Shown here: one piece after another, positions 30,001-38,872 of the stretch
Layout: each line of letters opens with the position of its first letter
Position numbering within the stretch: position 1 is the first letter of the stretch
From: a virus
DNA: 64,000 bases
Strand: one strand, 5' to 3'
Virus record (IMG/VR): IMGVR_UViG_3300037493_003174
Location: 18,342 to 82,341 of that record
Program-made: the position numbers and the translations under genes
The notes under the pieces: generated by a model
The model's input: the letters and a program-made list of their open reading frames with translations, nothing else
The model's database searches: none
Told to the model about the DNA's origin: nothing

Positions 30001-32914
30001 ACCTCTTGATTCACTTAAAAGATTAAAATCTCTTGAAGAAGAAATAGTAGATCTTCAAGATCAGTTTGATAAAAAGACTGGTTTATCTAAAGATGACTCA
30101 AGAAAACTTAGATACTATGAAGAGTTTATTATTGGAAAAGGTTTAGCATCAAAGATGACTCCTGAGCAGAAAAAAGAATATGTAAATTTATCTTCTAAAG
30201 CTAAAGCATTTGGTTTATCAGATACAGAAATTGCATATTTAAGAAATCAGTTTAGACAGTTGGCAGAAATGACCAATACCTTTGCTACTGATTATTATGT
30301 ACAAGCCTTTAATACAGCACTTGGTACTAGCGATGTAGCACCAATTACTATTGACACAGCAGATGAGTGGATTAATGGTGATATGGTATTGGCAGCAAAG
30401 ACTGGTAACTCAAGATTTTCAGAGTGGTTTGATAGAAATCATTATATGAAAAGAGCATACAATCCTAAGACTGAGCAGTATGAAGACATGTACATTAGAA
30501 CTAAAGCTTGGAGTGTAAGTAGACCATCTGATGAAAAGTACATGAAGAAAACTACTATTATAGATCCATCAACAGGAAAAGAAATTCCAATCAATGGTGT
30601 ACCCGTAGCTAAGTATTCATATACTAGAATTAAAGATGAGTATAGAACTGGATATAACCCAGTAACTAAGAAAGTAGAACTTGAAGTTGGTGTTCATATT
30701 GATAACCGTGGTAATTTTTTACCAAAAGAAGTTGCATTGAATGCTCCTAACTCAAAGTACATGAATGAAAAGTACTATGAAATTAAGAGTAAAGGTGGAC
30801 CACAATTTCATTTACTAGAAACTCTTAAAAAAGAAAGAATTAAAGCTCAAGAAAATTCACCTTATGCCTCTAGATTATATTTAGACTTTCCAAGATTTAG
30901 AATCACTGAAAATTTAGAGTACAAACAATCTGGAAACTTAACAAAAGATATAAAGGATAAGAAGAGTGCAATAGTTGATTCAGCAAAAGCCTTAGTAAAA
31001 CAAGTAGCTGATGATGCAGAAAGAGGAGCTAATTATATTGATAAATTCTTATTTGTTCCAACTGACTTACAAGGAAATCCAATTTCTAAAGTTCCAGTAA
31101 GAGGTTTATATAAACTTGACGTTAATGTAGTTTCTAAAAATGTATTAAAGTCTGAGTTAAATTACATGAACTCATTAGATATCCAGAAGGTATTAATAGA
31201 AGCAGAACCAACTGTAAAAGCATTGGTAGATGTACTTGGAGATCCTGAAAATGCTCTAGATAAATTAAATATGGCCAGCTCTACTCTATCTAAAGCGCAA
31301 GATAAAGCTGCAGTATTCTTAAAGAGAGAAACAAACAACAGACTTCAAGTTGCAATAGATGTTATGGATAGAACTTTCTATGGTCAGACTGTAAGTGAGT
31401 TTCAACAAGAAAATCCTGTCTTCTCAAAGTTTGTAAGAGGTTCTCTAGGTGCTGCATCATTTGCATTCTATAACTTAAATCCAGTATCTACAATAAAGAA
31501 TAAGTTAGGAATGAACTTTCAGAAAATGATTTTTACATCTGGAGGTAAGTTTATAAGCTTTCCATCTATTGCAAGAGGTAAAGTAAAAGCAACAAAAGTA
31601 CTATTTGAATATGCTACTAAAGATGCTTATGCAAGAGGAGTTAAAGGTTTAGATATGCAGATAGCAGATGCATTTAATATGGCTCCAGGTAAAGCTAAAC
31701 AAGAAATTGGTAAATCAGCTACAAATACAACTGTCAAAGAATTATTAGATGGAGCATGGATGTACTCTGATAGAAAGCTTACTGAATTCCAGGGCTCATT
31801 AGAGTTAGGATATAGCATGCTTGACTGGCAAATGATAGATCAAATTCAACCAAATGGTGAGGTAACACAAATTAGATATGTAGATGCGTTTGAAACAGAT
31901 GCTGATGGCATTGCAAAACTTAAAGCAGGAATCAATCCTGAATGGGGTATGAACTATGTTGATCATGTTGTAGAGGCTGGAGATACATTAGCTTCACTTG
32001 CTAAAAAATACAACATGACTGTTGAGGAGTTAGCAGCCAAAAATAAAATTGATGCAAAAGCTAGTCTTGAAGAAGATCAATCAATTATTATCTCAAGAAA
32101 TGAGAAATTTAATATGATAAAACTTAGAATTGCTAGTGCAAACAAAAAGTTAAATGGTACAGTAGAAGCAATTGAATCACCAACTGCTGAGAAGAATTTA
32201 CTTTATGATGTATTTACTTTCTCAAGAAAGTTTGGTACAGGTATGTTCTTATCTAGATTCCAGACAGATTTGTCTAAAGAAAATAGATTTGGAGAAGTTT
32301 GGGATTGGGATTTGAATGAAACAACAAGAGGTAAATATATTACTTTCTTAAGTGGTTTAAATAACTTAATACGTGATGGTAAAAATTACTATCCAACTAT
32401 GACTGATGATGAAAAGTCAGCATTTAGAGAAGTTATTTTTGAAGGTGTATCTTTATTCCTAATGGGTCTTGCAGTATCATTACTGTTTGGTTTTGATGGG
32501 GATGATGAAGACAGATTTAAAAAACTAAAAGAACGTGAAGAAAAATATGGTACAGCAGGTTGGTTAGCTAATCACATGTTGTATCAGTTAATCATGGTTC
32601 AAAAAGAAAATAGCACAATGATACCTTTACCTGGTATGGGTGCTGGTGACTGGTTAGACTTTACTAAAACAAGTACTATAGCTATGGGACCAACATTAGA
32701 ACTTTATCTTAAGATTACAAAAGATATGTACTATATTCTAACAGGAAATGATAAAGCAGTTTATAAACAAGAGGTTGGGCCATATGAATGGCAAGATGAA
32801 GGTCACTATAAATTATGGAATCACGTAGGATCAATCTTTGGATTATCTGGTAAAAACTTAAGTCCTTACTGGGCAATTAAGAAGAATGAAATATTTACTA
32901 ATTTAAAAGGTTAA
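27071..32914 (+). CDS. Giant ejected virion protein 3 (zincin + LysM + hydrophobic helix)
   Basis: 1947 aa; HEFSH...KEEAIV (27641-27655); LysM HVVEAGDTLASLAKKYNMTVEELAAKN (about 31961-32092); VSLFLMGLAVSLLFGF helix; the only Cys is residue 3. Confidence 0.7.
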   Translation: MPCPNKIRSNLFNEVLAKATPAKSMSIEGARELARTLNREYGASVVTVELGDVIEVNVSIPESLVNTYYASELAIEMRELAQAEKEARAMQREDAERAGVEYTDDYLKDEDLAEIFTEEQVQAARDQEIAMKLGQKFKNAFGIDYKIVSPSEAAIILKDSPTPFTVGTAGFFYGNQVYFVKGYFNSNSVMHEFSHPLIKGIQYQNPKLFENLYAQLATSANGQAAIQYVKDQYPELEEGTIRFKEEAIVTAMEMDAQMKLNNIKSDDSLFNKFIQNLLYALKKVLKALTNKVNLQKLDTTTTLDQLVDMMINEDFVIQDLNFQQSLFAEFKKETDQFLKELEEVTPKDLIKTIDKFHNEMSFQLGQLRNSPKKLKTELGKDGIDLIKNIRDYVKGYKTSGEVSDEELEVLIEALQKDERDLRLRSLAFINSLAELNVFARRIEKIMNDLRTSKAYQTEEGNQKIQYYKQFMERQVKFLRDVSKQIGLDPSNELSKKIYSIKGLMENNIEKAKDMTFDYVKDFLLDQTQVMQRNVKGNLVEKINDLLKIDGYNEADSQKIVQELLDKLDIDKQRNITEETLGLPNKTPRFKYYKKAIQNYNANKILEDTVDDYLRGHVKDLGMAGAMLNPLGNINDLFGSFVQYMRKKIADAEVQSQQEQMRFVQSLVPDLNALGYNPNDTSQLADLVLFVDKEGIVDEEGNYEEYEVYSYIDKFKNWRADKAKLQADLKKAKIKGDREAIKEAMQAMRDFERDHMVRRYKDKVFDVQNIWLQANVIYDPSSKKDIVISSDIALDAFTEKKEAIAELSTYNSSDFTTLEDLLEFTPSAAAKIRYNELFNLYDNDGNFKQGEELQRVLVRRHHREQSRKFNESVSNVERFQKDFDNFVNQELAGLGITYDSDPARYEAEVKKFLDKNTRIAYDDSYFQDRNRILDNIQKINDKAKGADISIRLAALYEQRSHIVNKVTDKDGEPNGTELPLDSLKRLKSLEEEIVDLQDQFDKKTGLSKDDSRKLRYYEEFIIGKGLASKMTPEQKKEYVNLSSKAKAFGLSDTEIAYLRNQFRQLAEMTNTFATDYYVQAFNTALGTSDVAPITIDTADEWINGDMVLAAKTGNSRFSEWFDRNHYMKRAYNPKTEQYEDMYIRTKAWSVSRPSDEKYMKKTTIIDPSTGKEIPINGVPVAKYSYTRIKDEYRTGYNPVTKKVELEVGVHIDNRGNFLPKEVALNAPNSKYMNEKYYEIKSKGGPQFHLLETLKKERIKAQENSPYASRLYLDFPRFRITENLEYKQSGNLTKDIKDKKSAIVDSAKALVKQVADDAERGANYIDKFLFVPTDLQGNPISKVPVRGLYKLDVNVVSKNVLKSELNYMNSLDIQKVLIEAEPTVKALVDVLGDPENALDKLNMASSTLSKAQDKAAVFLKRETNNRLQVAIDVMDRTFYGQTVSEFQQENPVFSKFVRGSLGAASFAFYNLNPVSTIKNKLGMNFQKMIFTSGGKFISFPSIARGKVKATKVLFEYATKDAYARGVKGLDMQIADAFNMAPGKAKQEIGKSATNTTVKELLDGAWMYSDRKLTEFQGSLELGYSMLDWQMIDQIQPNGEVTQIRYVDAFETDADGIAKLKAGINPEWGMNYVDHVVEAGDTLASLAKKYNMTVEELAAKNKIDAKASLEEDQSIIISRNEKFNMIKLRIASANKKLNGTVEAIESPTAEKNLLYDVFTFSRKFGTGMFLSRFQTDLSKENRFGEVWDWDLNETTRGKYITFLSGLNNLIRDGKNYYPTMTDDEKSAFREVIFEGVSLFLMGLAVSLLFGFDGDDEDRFKKLKEREEKYGTAGWLANHMLYQLIMVQKENSTMIPLPGMGAGDWLDFTKTSTIAMGPTLELYLKITKDMYYILTGNDKAVYKQEVGPYEWQDEGHYKLWNHVGSIFGLSGKNLSPYWAIKKNEIFTNLKG

Positions 32915-32916
32915 CA

Positions 32917-33060
32917 ATGGCAAAGGCAACAACAACAGCTTCAGCAAGAACTTATTCTAAGCCTAAGATTTCCCGTCCTGGGGTACATGCTAAAACTAAA
33001 ATTAGCAAGTCTGCAAATTCAAAAAACTATAAGAAGTCTTATAGAGGACAGGGTAGGTAA
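32917..33060 (+). CDS. Small basic protein with C-terminal YRGQG motif (47 aa, not in ORF track)
   Basis: MAKATTTASARTYSKPKISRPGVHAKTKISKSANSKNYKKSYRGQGR; starts 2 nt after the upstream stop. Confidence 0.75.
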   Translation: MAKATTTASARTYSKPKISRPGVHAKTKISKSANSKNYKKSYRGQGR

Positions 33061-33061
33061 G

Positions 33062-33091
33062 AAAAAAAAAGGGGGACTATTACAGTCCCCC
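33062..33091 (-). terminator. Intrinsic terminator at the junction of the convergent arms
   Basis: GGGGGACT-attac-AGTCCCCC stem with a 9-nt U tract on the minus strand. Confidence 0.8.
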
Positions 33092-33460
33092 TAGCTCTAT
33101 GTCAAGTAATTGACAAAATAATCTTTTTGTTTCAGCTTCTACAGCTTCTTTTGGCCATTTTTGAATAGTGTCTCCAGAATGAATAGTATCAAATCCAAAT
33201 ACCCACCAATCTTTTGGTGCACGTTTACCATCTCCAAAATCATTATAAGTAATACCACCATTAACATTCAAAGTCTGAACTAAATTTATTAGTTTTGTAA
33301 CATCATCTCCATGCATAAAGTCTAAATTACCTAGATGCAAAGGATGTGTTGGAGGTATTGCAACATAACCACTACCCCAACCTCTTTCAAAAAATATATC
33401 AGCACTTACAGTTGTAGTCATATACTTACGTTTGTTATTTTCAATTACAAACCAAATCAT
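33080..33460 (-). CDS. Conserved phage hypothetical protein
   Basis: GYVAIP...VNGGITY...WWVFGFDTIH pattern; the true start may be MTTTV at 33421. Confidence 0.65.
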   Translation of the reverse strand: MIWFVIENNKRKYMTTTVSADIFFERGWGSGYVAIPPTHPLHLGNLDFMHGDDVTKLINLVQTLNVNGGITYNDFGDGKRAPKDWWVFGFDTIHSGDTIQKWPKEAVEAETKRLFCQLLDIELGGL

Positions 33461-33648
33461 TCTTCATCAATTTCTTCACAACAATCACATTCTTCTTCAT
33501 CATGAACTCCATATTGATTATCAAACCATTCTCTGGCTTCTTGTTTACTTGGATACTCATGTGAACCTGATTCAATAATTGATTCTGCACCTGCTAGGTA
33601 TGCTTCAATCATTGATTTACGGAAGGCAATTGGATGCACGTTAGTCAA
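33457..33648 (-). CDS. Hypothetical acidic protein
   Basis: 63 aa, overlaps the upstream stop. Confidence 0.55.
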   Translation of the reverse strand: MTNVHPIAFRKSMIEAYLAGAESIIESGSHEYPSKQEAREWFDNQYGVHDEEECDCCEEIDEE

Positions 33649-34027
33649 CTTTAATAAATTTTGTTAAGTCAGGTTTGAAGTATCCGGGCCCTTTAAGAAT
33701 CTTTCCATCTTCTCTCAAGATTGGTTTACCATCTTCACCAAGCTTACTCATGTTACTTGATTGAATCTCATCAAATACATCTTCTATTATATGTTGCATA
33801 CCATGTCTAAGTATTGTACCACATAAGATGTATAACTGATCTCCTAGAGCATCAGCTATGTCTATTAGAGATTTTTCATCACAAGCATCCAAATACTCAT
33901 CATTTTCTTCTTGCATTAAAGCATGTCTGAGTTCATACTCATCTGCTTTTAACTTTCTTGGACTAGTACCATCATTTTGTCCAAATGCTTTGTGGAATGC
34001 GGCCACTGCTAATAATTGTTTTTTCAT
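33641..34027 (-). CDS. MazG-like (DR2231-type) nucleotide pyrophosphohydrolase
   Basis: EENDEY...IADALGDQLY...SNMSKLGEDGKPILREDGKILKGPGYFKP. Confidence 0.85.
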   Translation of the reverse strand: MKKQLLAVAAFHKAFGQNDGTSPRKLKADEYELRHALMQEENDEYLDACDEKSLIDIADALGDQLYILCGTILRHGMQHIIEDVFDEIQSSNMSKLGEDGKPILREDGKILKGPGYFKPDLTKFIKVD

Positions 34028-34039
34028 AGGTGTAAAGAT

Positions 34040-34072
34040 AAAAAAAAAGGAGAAACAATGTGTCTCTCCTTT
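34040..34072 (-). terminator. Intrinsic terminator
   Basis: AAAGGAGAAACA/TGTCTCTCCTTT stem plus a U tract on the minus strand. Confidence 0.65.
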
Positions 34073-34110
34073 AATTGATAACTATTGTATTCCCTGTAAC
34101 TACAGGCTCA

Positions 34111-35700
34111 TTAGAAGAAGTCTGGGGTGTTATCAACTCCATCATCTTCTAGATCATTAGATCCAAAATCTAAATCAAAATCAGAAGAGTTATCTTCTTT
34201 AACTTCAGCTACAGCTTCTTTAAGATCTAAGTCAGCTTCTTGTTGTTCTTCTAAAGGTACAACATATAAAGCTTCTTCAGCTTCAAATAATGCATGTTCT
34301 TCTGGTGTTGGTTCCAAAGTAGGAGCAGCAATTGGAATAAGAATTTGATCCATGATCATGTCCTCTTCTTCATCACTAACAAAGTCTTCTACCACAACAG
34401 GAACTATAAAAGTATTACCTGCAACATCAGTATAAGTTACTATTTCATCATTAACAAAAGCTGACTTGTCTTCAGTAACTTCTAGAATGATTTCTTCTGA
34501 CTGGTGCAAATCTATATCAAAATCAGACCCTTCTTGCACCACTATAGGTTCTACTTCTTTTAAAGTAAAATTACCTGCTACATCAGGAGCTACCCAAGTA
34601 ACTTGAGACATATCAACATCTGAAGCATCAATTTCTGGTGCATTCATCAGAGCATCCATAATTTCTTCAGGTGCTTTAACTCCAGATAATTGAGCCATAG
34701 CAAAAGTATCTTCTTCAAGTTCATTTTGAAGTTCAAGTTCTCTAGCATTCATAAAAGTAGTTTCAGCTAAATGAAGTTCAGCTGCTAATTCTTCAGGTTC
34801 ACCTTCAATCTCAGCTACTCTTTGTGCATACTCTTCATCAGATTCAATATGGATTTGAATTTCTTCAACTTCAGCAATCTGATCAAGTAAGTTAGTCTGA
34901 TTAGGAATAACATATAAAGGATCTACTTCTTCTTCTACTGGTGCACTAATAGCTATAACTGGTGCAATAACTGGTTGAGGTGGTGCATTAAAGTTACCCA
35001 CAGTACTAATAAAGTAATGTAAGATTCTTTGATCTTCCATCCAGGTACGCGGGTGAGAATGCTGTAAGGCAATAGTCACATAATTGTAGAAAGCCCAAAG
35101 ACTGTTACTATCTTCATATACATGACTTGGTCTATCCATTTGACTACGGATGATACTTGCCTGCTCAGTAGTAAGAATCTGATATTCAGCAAAAAGGATA
35201 CCCAATAACTGAGCTTGCTTTCTTTTATTCAAACTAATACCAGTCATTATAGCTTTGTCAGCTACAAGTTGATTATAATACATGTGAGCATTAGCTACTT
35301 GGTCATCAATAGTTGCTGTAGTTTCTACATCTGCAGTACCTACATGTTTTCTTGTCCAAGTTCCAATATCTCCGGATGTCATAACAGTTCCTGTCTGGTT
35401 GATATAAGCACCAATCAAACATTTAAACTTAACTTGTTTGTTGTAACTATTAGTCCAAGCAAACATCATTGATAGATCAGGATCATTGTTGTATTGTAAC
35501 TTATAAATCCCTTGAGCAATTTGCCCGTCAGCAGTACATCTGTACTCTTCTTCTGTAATCACAAAGCCAGCATTTGCTAAAGCTTGAAATGAATGATCAA
35601 TAACAAACTGGTGAGTAATTACAGTGTAACTAGCAGCATGTTGTGGTAAAGGCACACTAATTAAGTGAGCTCTTGTACATTCTTGAATTTTCTTTGGCAT
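34111..35700 (-). CDS. DUF932-like protein with a long acidic C-terminal tail
   Basis: SYTVITH...WTNSYNKQ...RKHVG...SLWAFYNYVT N-terminal domain; about 290-aa D/E-rich tail. Confidence 0.6.
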   Translation of the reverse strand: MPKKIQECTRAHLISVPLPQHAASYTVITHQFVIDHSFQALANAGFVITEEEYRCTADGQIAQGIYKLQYNNDPDLSMMFAWTNSYNKQVKFKCLIGAYINQTGTVMTSGDIGTWTRKHVGTADVETTATIDDQVANAHMYYNQLVADKAIMTGISLNKRKQAQLLGILFAEYQILTTEQASIIRSQMDRPSHVYEDSNSLWAFYNYVTIALQHSHPRTWMEDQRILHYFISTVGNFNAPPQPVIAPVIAISAPVEEEVDPLYVIPNQTNLLDQIAEVEEIQIHIESDEEYAQRVAEIEGEPEELAAELHLAETTFMNARELELQNELEEDTFAMAQLSGVKAPEEIMDALMNAPEIDASDVDMSQVTWVAPDVAGNFTLKEVEPIVVQEGSDFDIDLHQSEEIILEVTEDKSAFVNDEIVTYTDVAGNTFIVPVVVEDFVSDEEEDMIMDQILIPIAAPTLEPTPEEHALFEAEEALYVVPLEEQQEADLDLKEAVAEVKEDNSSDFDLDFGSNDLEDDGVDNTPDFF

Positions 35701-35701
35701 A

Positions 35702-37780
35702 TTAAAATAAACTTAATTGGTTTCTATTAGGCTCTAAAGAGTTAATCTCTTTCCTAATTTTTTGTAAATAAAAATCATAATTAATGTTGTAATCAGAAAA
35801 AGGTCTTTCTTCATGATCAATATAAACTGTTTGCATCCACGGACCAGATTCAATCTGAATTTCCCTGCCATCTAGCAAGTTAGTTTTAATAATCTTTGAC
35901 CCAGCGTTAGATATAAAATATCTAAGTGTATTTTGTATAGGTATTGCTGTATAGGAACCTCCTATTTTTGGTGCTATATACATAAATATTCCATTAGTAG
36001 TTCCACCATTATTAGCTTCTTTATAATCAGAATCACTTCTTACCCAGTTATCATCTGACCAAGATTGTTCATAGCCATTTGCTAATAAATAATCTTTTTG
36101 TTGTTGAAGAGTATACTTAAGATATTCAGGATCTATTTCTGGTTTAATTAAATGTTCTACAAATTTCCAATCTCCTTTAATCTTGACACCACCACAAAAA
36201 TCAAATATATTTGTGTTAGCTTTAACAAAGTCTTCTGGTTTTATACCTTCTACAAAATATGCATGCAAAGCTTTAGGTATAATTAAGAAGCTCTTGTTTT
36301 TATGAAGAGCTAAATTATCAAACTCAAATCTACCTTTACATTTAGACTTTCCATCTTCAGTAACAGCAATATAATTATTCACATCACCAAGAATAATCTT
36401 AGAATATGTATCATGCTCAAGCTGGAGATTAGTAATCTTTTCCCAACGTGCACAGATATCCATGTACTGAGCAACATATTTTCTTGGAATTAGTGTCTCA
36501 ACACCATCTGTATTTTGCATAAGTGGAATAGCTCCAGGAATCTCTTCACAAATCATTTCATACAACATTGACAAAGTAAGCTGCCCATTAATTGTAATTC
36601 TCATTGTAAATTCAGGATCATATAGGAAACTATTTTCATCATTACTTAACCCATAGGTTGAGTTTAAAATAATCTTGTACACATAATTCTTGGGATCTTT
36701 CTTAGGAATCTTCTTTCTTTCTTCAAAAAACCATTCATACAGATTACAAAACTCTTCTTGTGGCAAATGACCCGGAGCCCACCCATTTCTAATTGCTAGA
36801 TTTGGATAGAATGATGTAACATCACTTGTCATAATGACCATGTCAGAATCAGATTCATAAAGTCTACTATCTCTTGCTCCATGAATACCACCTAGACCAT
36901 AATCAGTCTTTACTCCGTGATACTGTACAGAATACTTAAACCCTCCCTTAGTTTCACCAGGATAGATAATTACTTCTTGAAATTTCTTAAGTAAGTTTTC
37001 AAAAGTAGCAGTACTAAACTTTATATAAGGCAAGATAATGTCTTTTACAACAATCCTTTCTCTATAAGTCCTCATCTGTTTGAGATCATATTTCTTAATC
37101 CCAGTTTCTTTACTTAAGAAATGAAGAAACAATTCTTTAGATATCCTTGGCTCAGAAGCAGAGAACAAATCAATATTATATTCTTCAGTTAAAGTCTTTC
37201 TTAAAGAAATTTGTTCTTTACTCAAGAACATAATTTGCTTAGTAGACTTAACATCATTAATACAATACTTGATGATCTCAGGAATCTGATCAGCTCTAAT
37301 GTCAGAACTATGATGGATAGGCATGTCAATGATATTCTTCCAATCCATGCTAAACTGAATCCACTTTAATGAACTTCTCTTAGCCGGATTATCCCAGTGA
37401 TTAAGCTTAAATACATCTACCTGTCTGATCTGGAGATCTCTTGGACTAAATTCTAGAAACTCTCCTTCATTTTGTCTTCTAATAATATCCTGAACCTTAC
37501 CATAGATAAACTCAGCAATTTCATCACCATCCATTTCCATCAACTGTTCCTTGTTCCGTAGAACATGTTCAGTTACCTGACTATCAAATCCAAGTCCGTT
37601 ATAGCTTACATGCCATTCATTCATAGCAATATTCCTTTCAAGGAAACCTACCAATTCAATAATCTGATTTTTACTTTTGTGGATTACAAAAATTTCTTGT
37701 TCTTCAGATTGAACTTCCTCAAACACTGCTAAAAAACAGTTGCTTAAAGTTTCATAATCCATCACGTAATGTTTTCTCAT
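35702..37780 (-). CDS. polB: DNA polymerase family B
   Basis: Exonuclease motifs DYET, YNGLGFD, YCINDV; polymerase motifs SDVTSFYPN, KIILNSTYG, NTDG. Confidence 0.92.
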   Translation of the reverse strand: MRKHYVMDYETLSNCFLAVFEEVQSEEQEIFVIHKSKNQIIELVGFLERNIAMNEWHVSYNGLGFDSQVTEHVLRNKEQLMEMDGDEIAEFIYGKVQDIIRRQNEGEFLEFSPRDLQIRQVDVFKLNHWDNPAKRSSLKWIQFSMDWKNIIDMPIHHSSDIRADQIPEIIKYCINDVKSTKQIMFLSKEQISLRKTLTEEYNIDLFSASEPRISKELFLHFLSKETGIKKYDLKQMRTYRERIVVKDIILPYIKFSTATFENLLKKFQEVIIYPGETKGGFKYSVQYHGVKTDYGLGGIHGARDSRLYESDSDMVIMTSDVTSFYPNLAIRNGWAPGHLPQEEFCNLYEWFFEERKKIPKKDPKNYVYKIILNSTYGLSNDENSFLYDPEFTMRITINGQLTLSMLYEMICEEIPGAIPLMQNTDGVETLIPRKYVAQYMDICARWEKITNLQLEHDTYSKIILGDVNNYIAVTEDGKSKCKGRFEFDNLALHKNKSFLIIPKALHAYFVEGIKPEDFVKANTNIFDFCGGVKIKGDWKFVEHLIKPEIDPEYLKYTLQQQKDYLLANGYEQSWSDDNWVRSDSDYKEANNGGTTNGIFMYIAPKIGGSYTAIPIQNTLRYFISNAGSKIIKTNLLDGREIQIESGPWMQTVYIDHEERPFSDYNINYDFYLQKIRKEINSLEPNRNQLSLF

Positions 37781-37818
37781 AGACTAGTTCAGTTAAGCTG
37801 TTCCCCCTTTTAATTAAT

Positions 37819-37852
37819 AAAAAAGAGGGAGTGCCTGTAGCTCACTCCCTCT
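37819..37852 (-). terminator. Intrinsic terminator
   Basis: AGAGGGAGTG/CACTCCCTCT 10-bp stem plus a U tract on the minus strand. Confidence 0.75.
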
Positions 37853-37873
37853 CTGTGTAAAACAAAAGACTAA

Positions 37874-38275
37874 TTACTTAGTCTCCTTCTTTACCTTTTC
37901 TGCCAAGGTAGTAGCAGTAAAGAATTTTTTATAGTCAAATGTTTTAGCATTAATTGCAAACAAGTTAACTAACTCATGCACTGCTGCCATATCTTCAACA
38001 TAAAACTCTTGGAAAGTTTCAATCTTTGCTCTCTCTTCTCTAACTTGTCTACCATTAGGTCTTTGAACTTTAGTTGCCATTGGATCACCATTGTCATCTA
38101 ATCTAGGCAACATGTGCAAAGTTGTCTTAGTAATTTTAGAGATTATCACAAATACTTTAGTATCTGGATCCATAATACATTCTACGTAAGGACATATGTC
38201 TGAAGTAGGAATCATTCTGAAAGTTTGCTTGTCATTCCAAGTTGCTTGGACAAGCATCATAGTGTTTTCACTCAT
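37874..38275 (-). CDS. Hypothetical protein
   Basis: 133-aa ORF; preceded by TAACTTTG (38297-38304, minus strand), which matches the Bacteroidota -7 element TAnnTTTG. Confidence 0.65.
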   Translation of the reverse strand: MSENTMMLVQATWNDKQTFRMIPTSDICPYVECIMDPDTKVFVIISKITKTTLHMLPRLDDNGDPMATKVQRPNGRQVREERAKIETFQEFYVEDMAAVHELVNLFAINAKTFDYKKFFTATTLAEKVKKETK

Positions 38276-38301
38276 TTTATTGGTTTTTAATTTCTACAAA
38301 G

Positions 38302-38868
38302 TTAACCTAGAATTTTTAATTTCTGCAAATCTGCAACCTCAATCAACAAATTTTCTCTTTCCATATGAGGTTTATCACAGAGCTCACCAACAAATTTAAG
38401 TAATTCTACTTCAACATTTAGGATTTTTGCATACTGTTCAAAGAATTTCTCAGGAAACAAATAGCTATTGACATATATGTGATTTGCACTATTGTCATCA
38501 AAATAATTCAGAATCTTGCGCTTTAATACTTGGTTCATTCTGCTGTATTTACCATCAACAAAATAAAACCAATCTTCACTGAAATCAGAAAAGTCAAATA
38601 TAAATATACTAGTAGAACTATCTACTTTAATATAATCTACAAGTCTATTGTTCTTGAGTAGAATATTCTTCTCAAACTCAATATACTCTGGATCATTCTT
38701 AGTATGATATACACAGACTAATTTCATATCCTCGGTGGTATAGTTCTCATCCCAAGAAACATAAGTTTCTGTTGGAACGGCACATGACCCCCTTTTTATT
38801 TCCAAGAGCGGATATAAGAATATCTTGGACTTTTGAAAGTATTTCCTATAAAGCGCATTCAATGCCAT
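38302..38868 (-). CDS. Hypothetical protein
   Basis: 188-aa ORF in the replication block. Confidence 0.65.
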   Translation of the reverse strand: MALNALYRKYFQKSKIFLYPLLEIKRGSCAVPTETYVSWDENYTTEDMKLVCVYHTKNDPEYIEFEKNILLKNNRLVDYIKVDSSTSIFIFDFSDFSEDWFYFVDGKYSRMNQVLKRKILNYFDDNSANHIYVNSYLFPEKFFEQYAKILNVEVELLKFVGELCDKPHMERENLLIEVADLQKLKILG

Positions 38869-38872
38869 AAGT

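Noticed and set aside
2272-31818. Short ORFs overlapping the large plus-strand genes
   Set aside because: Antisense or out-of-frame shadows with biased composition and no recognisable motifs.
35702-37780. Intein or intron in polB
   Set aside because: The ORF is continuous; there are no intein terminal motifs and no embedded endonuclease.
37781-37812. Structured leader upstream of polB (CAGTTAAGCTG quasi-palindrome)
   Set aside because: Too short and weak to support without comparative covariation data.
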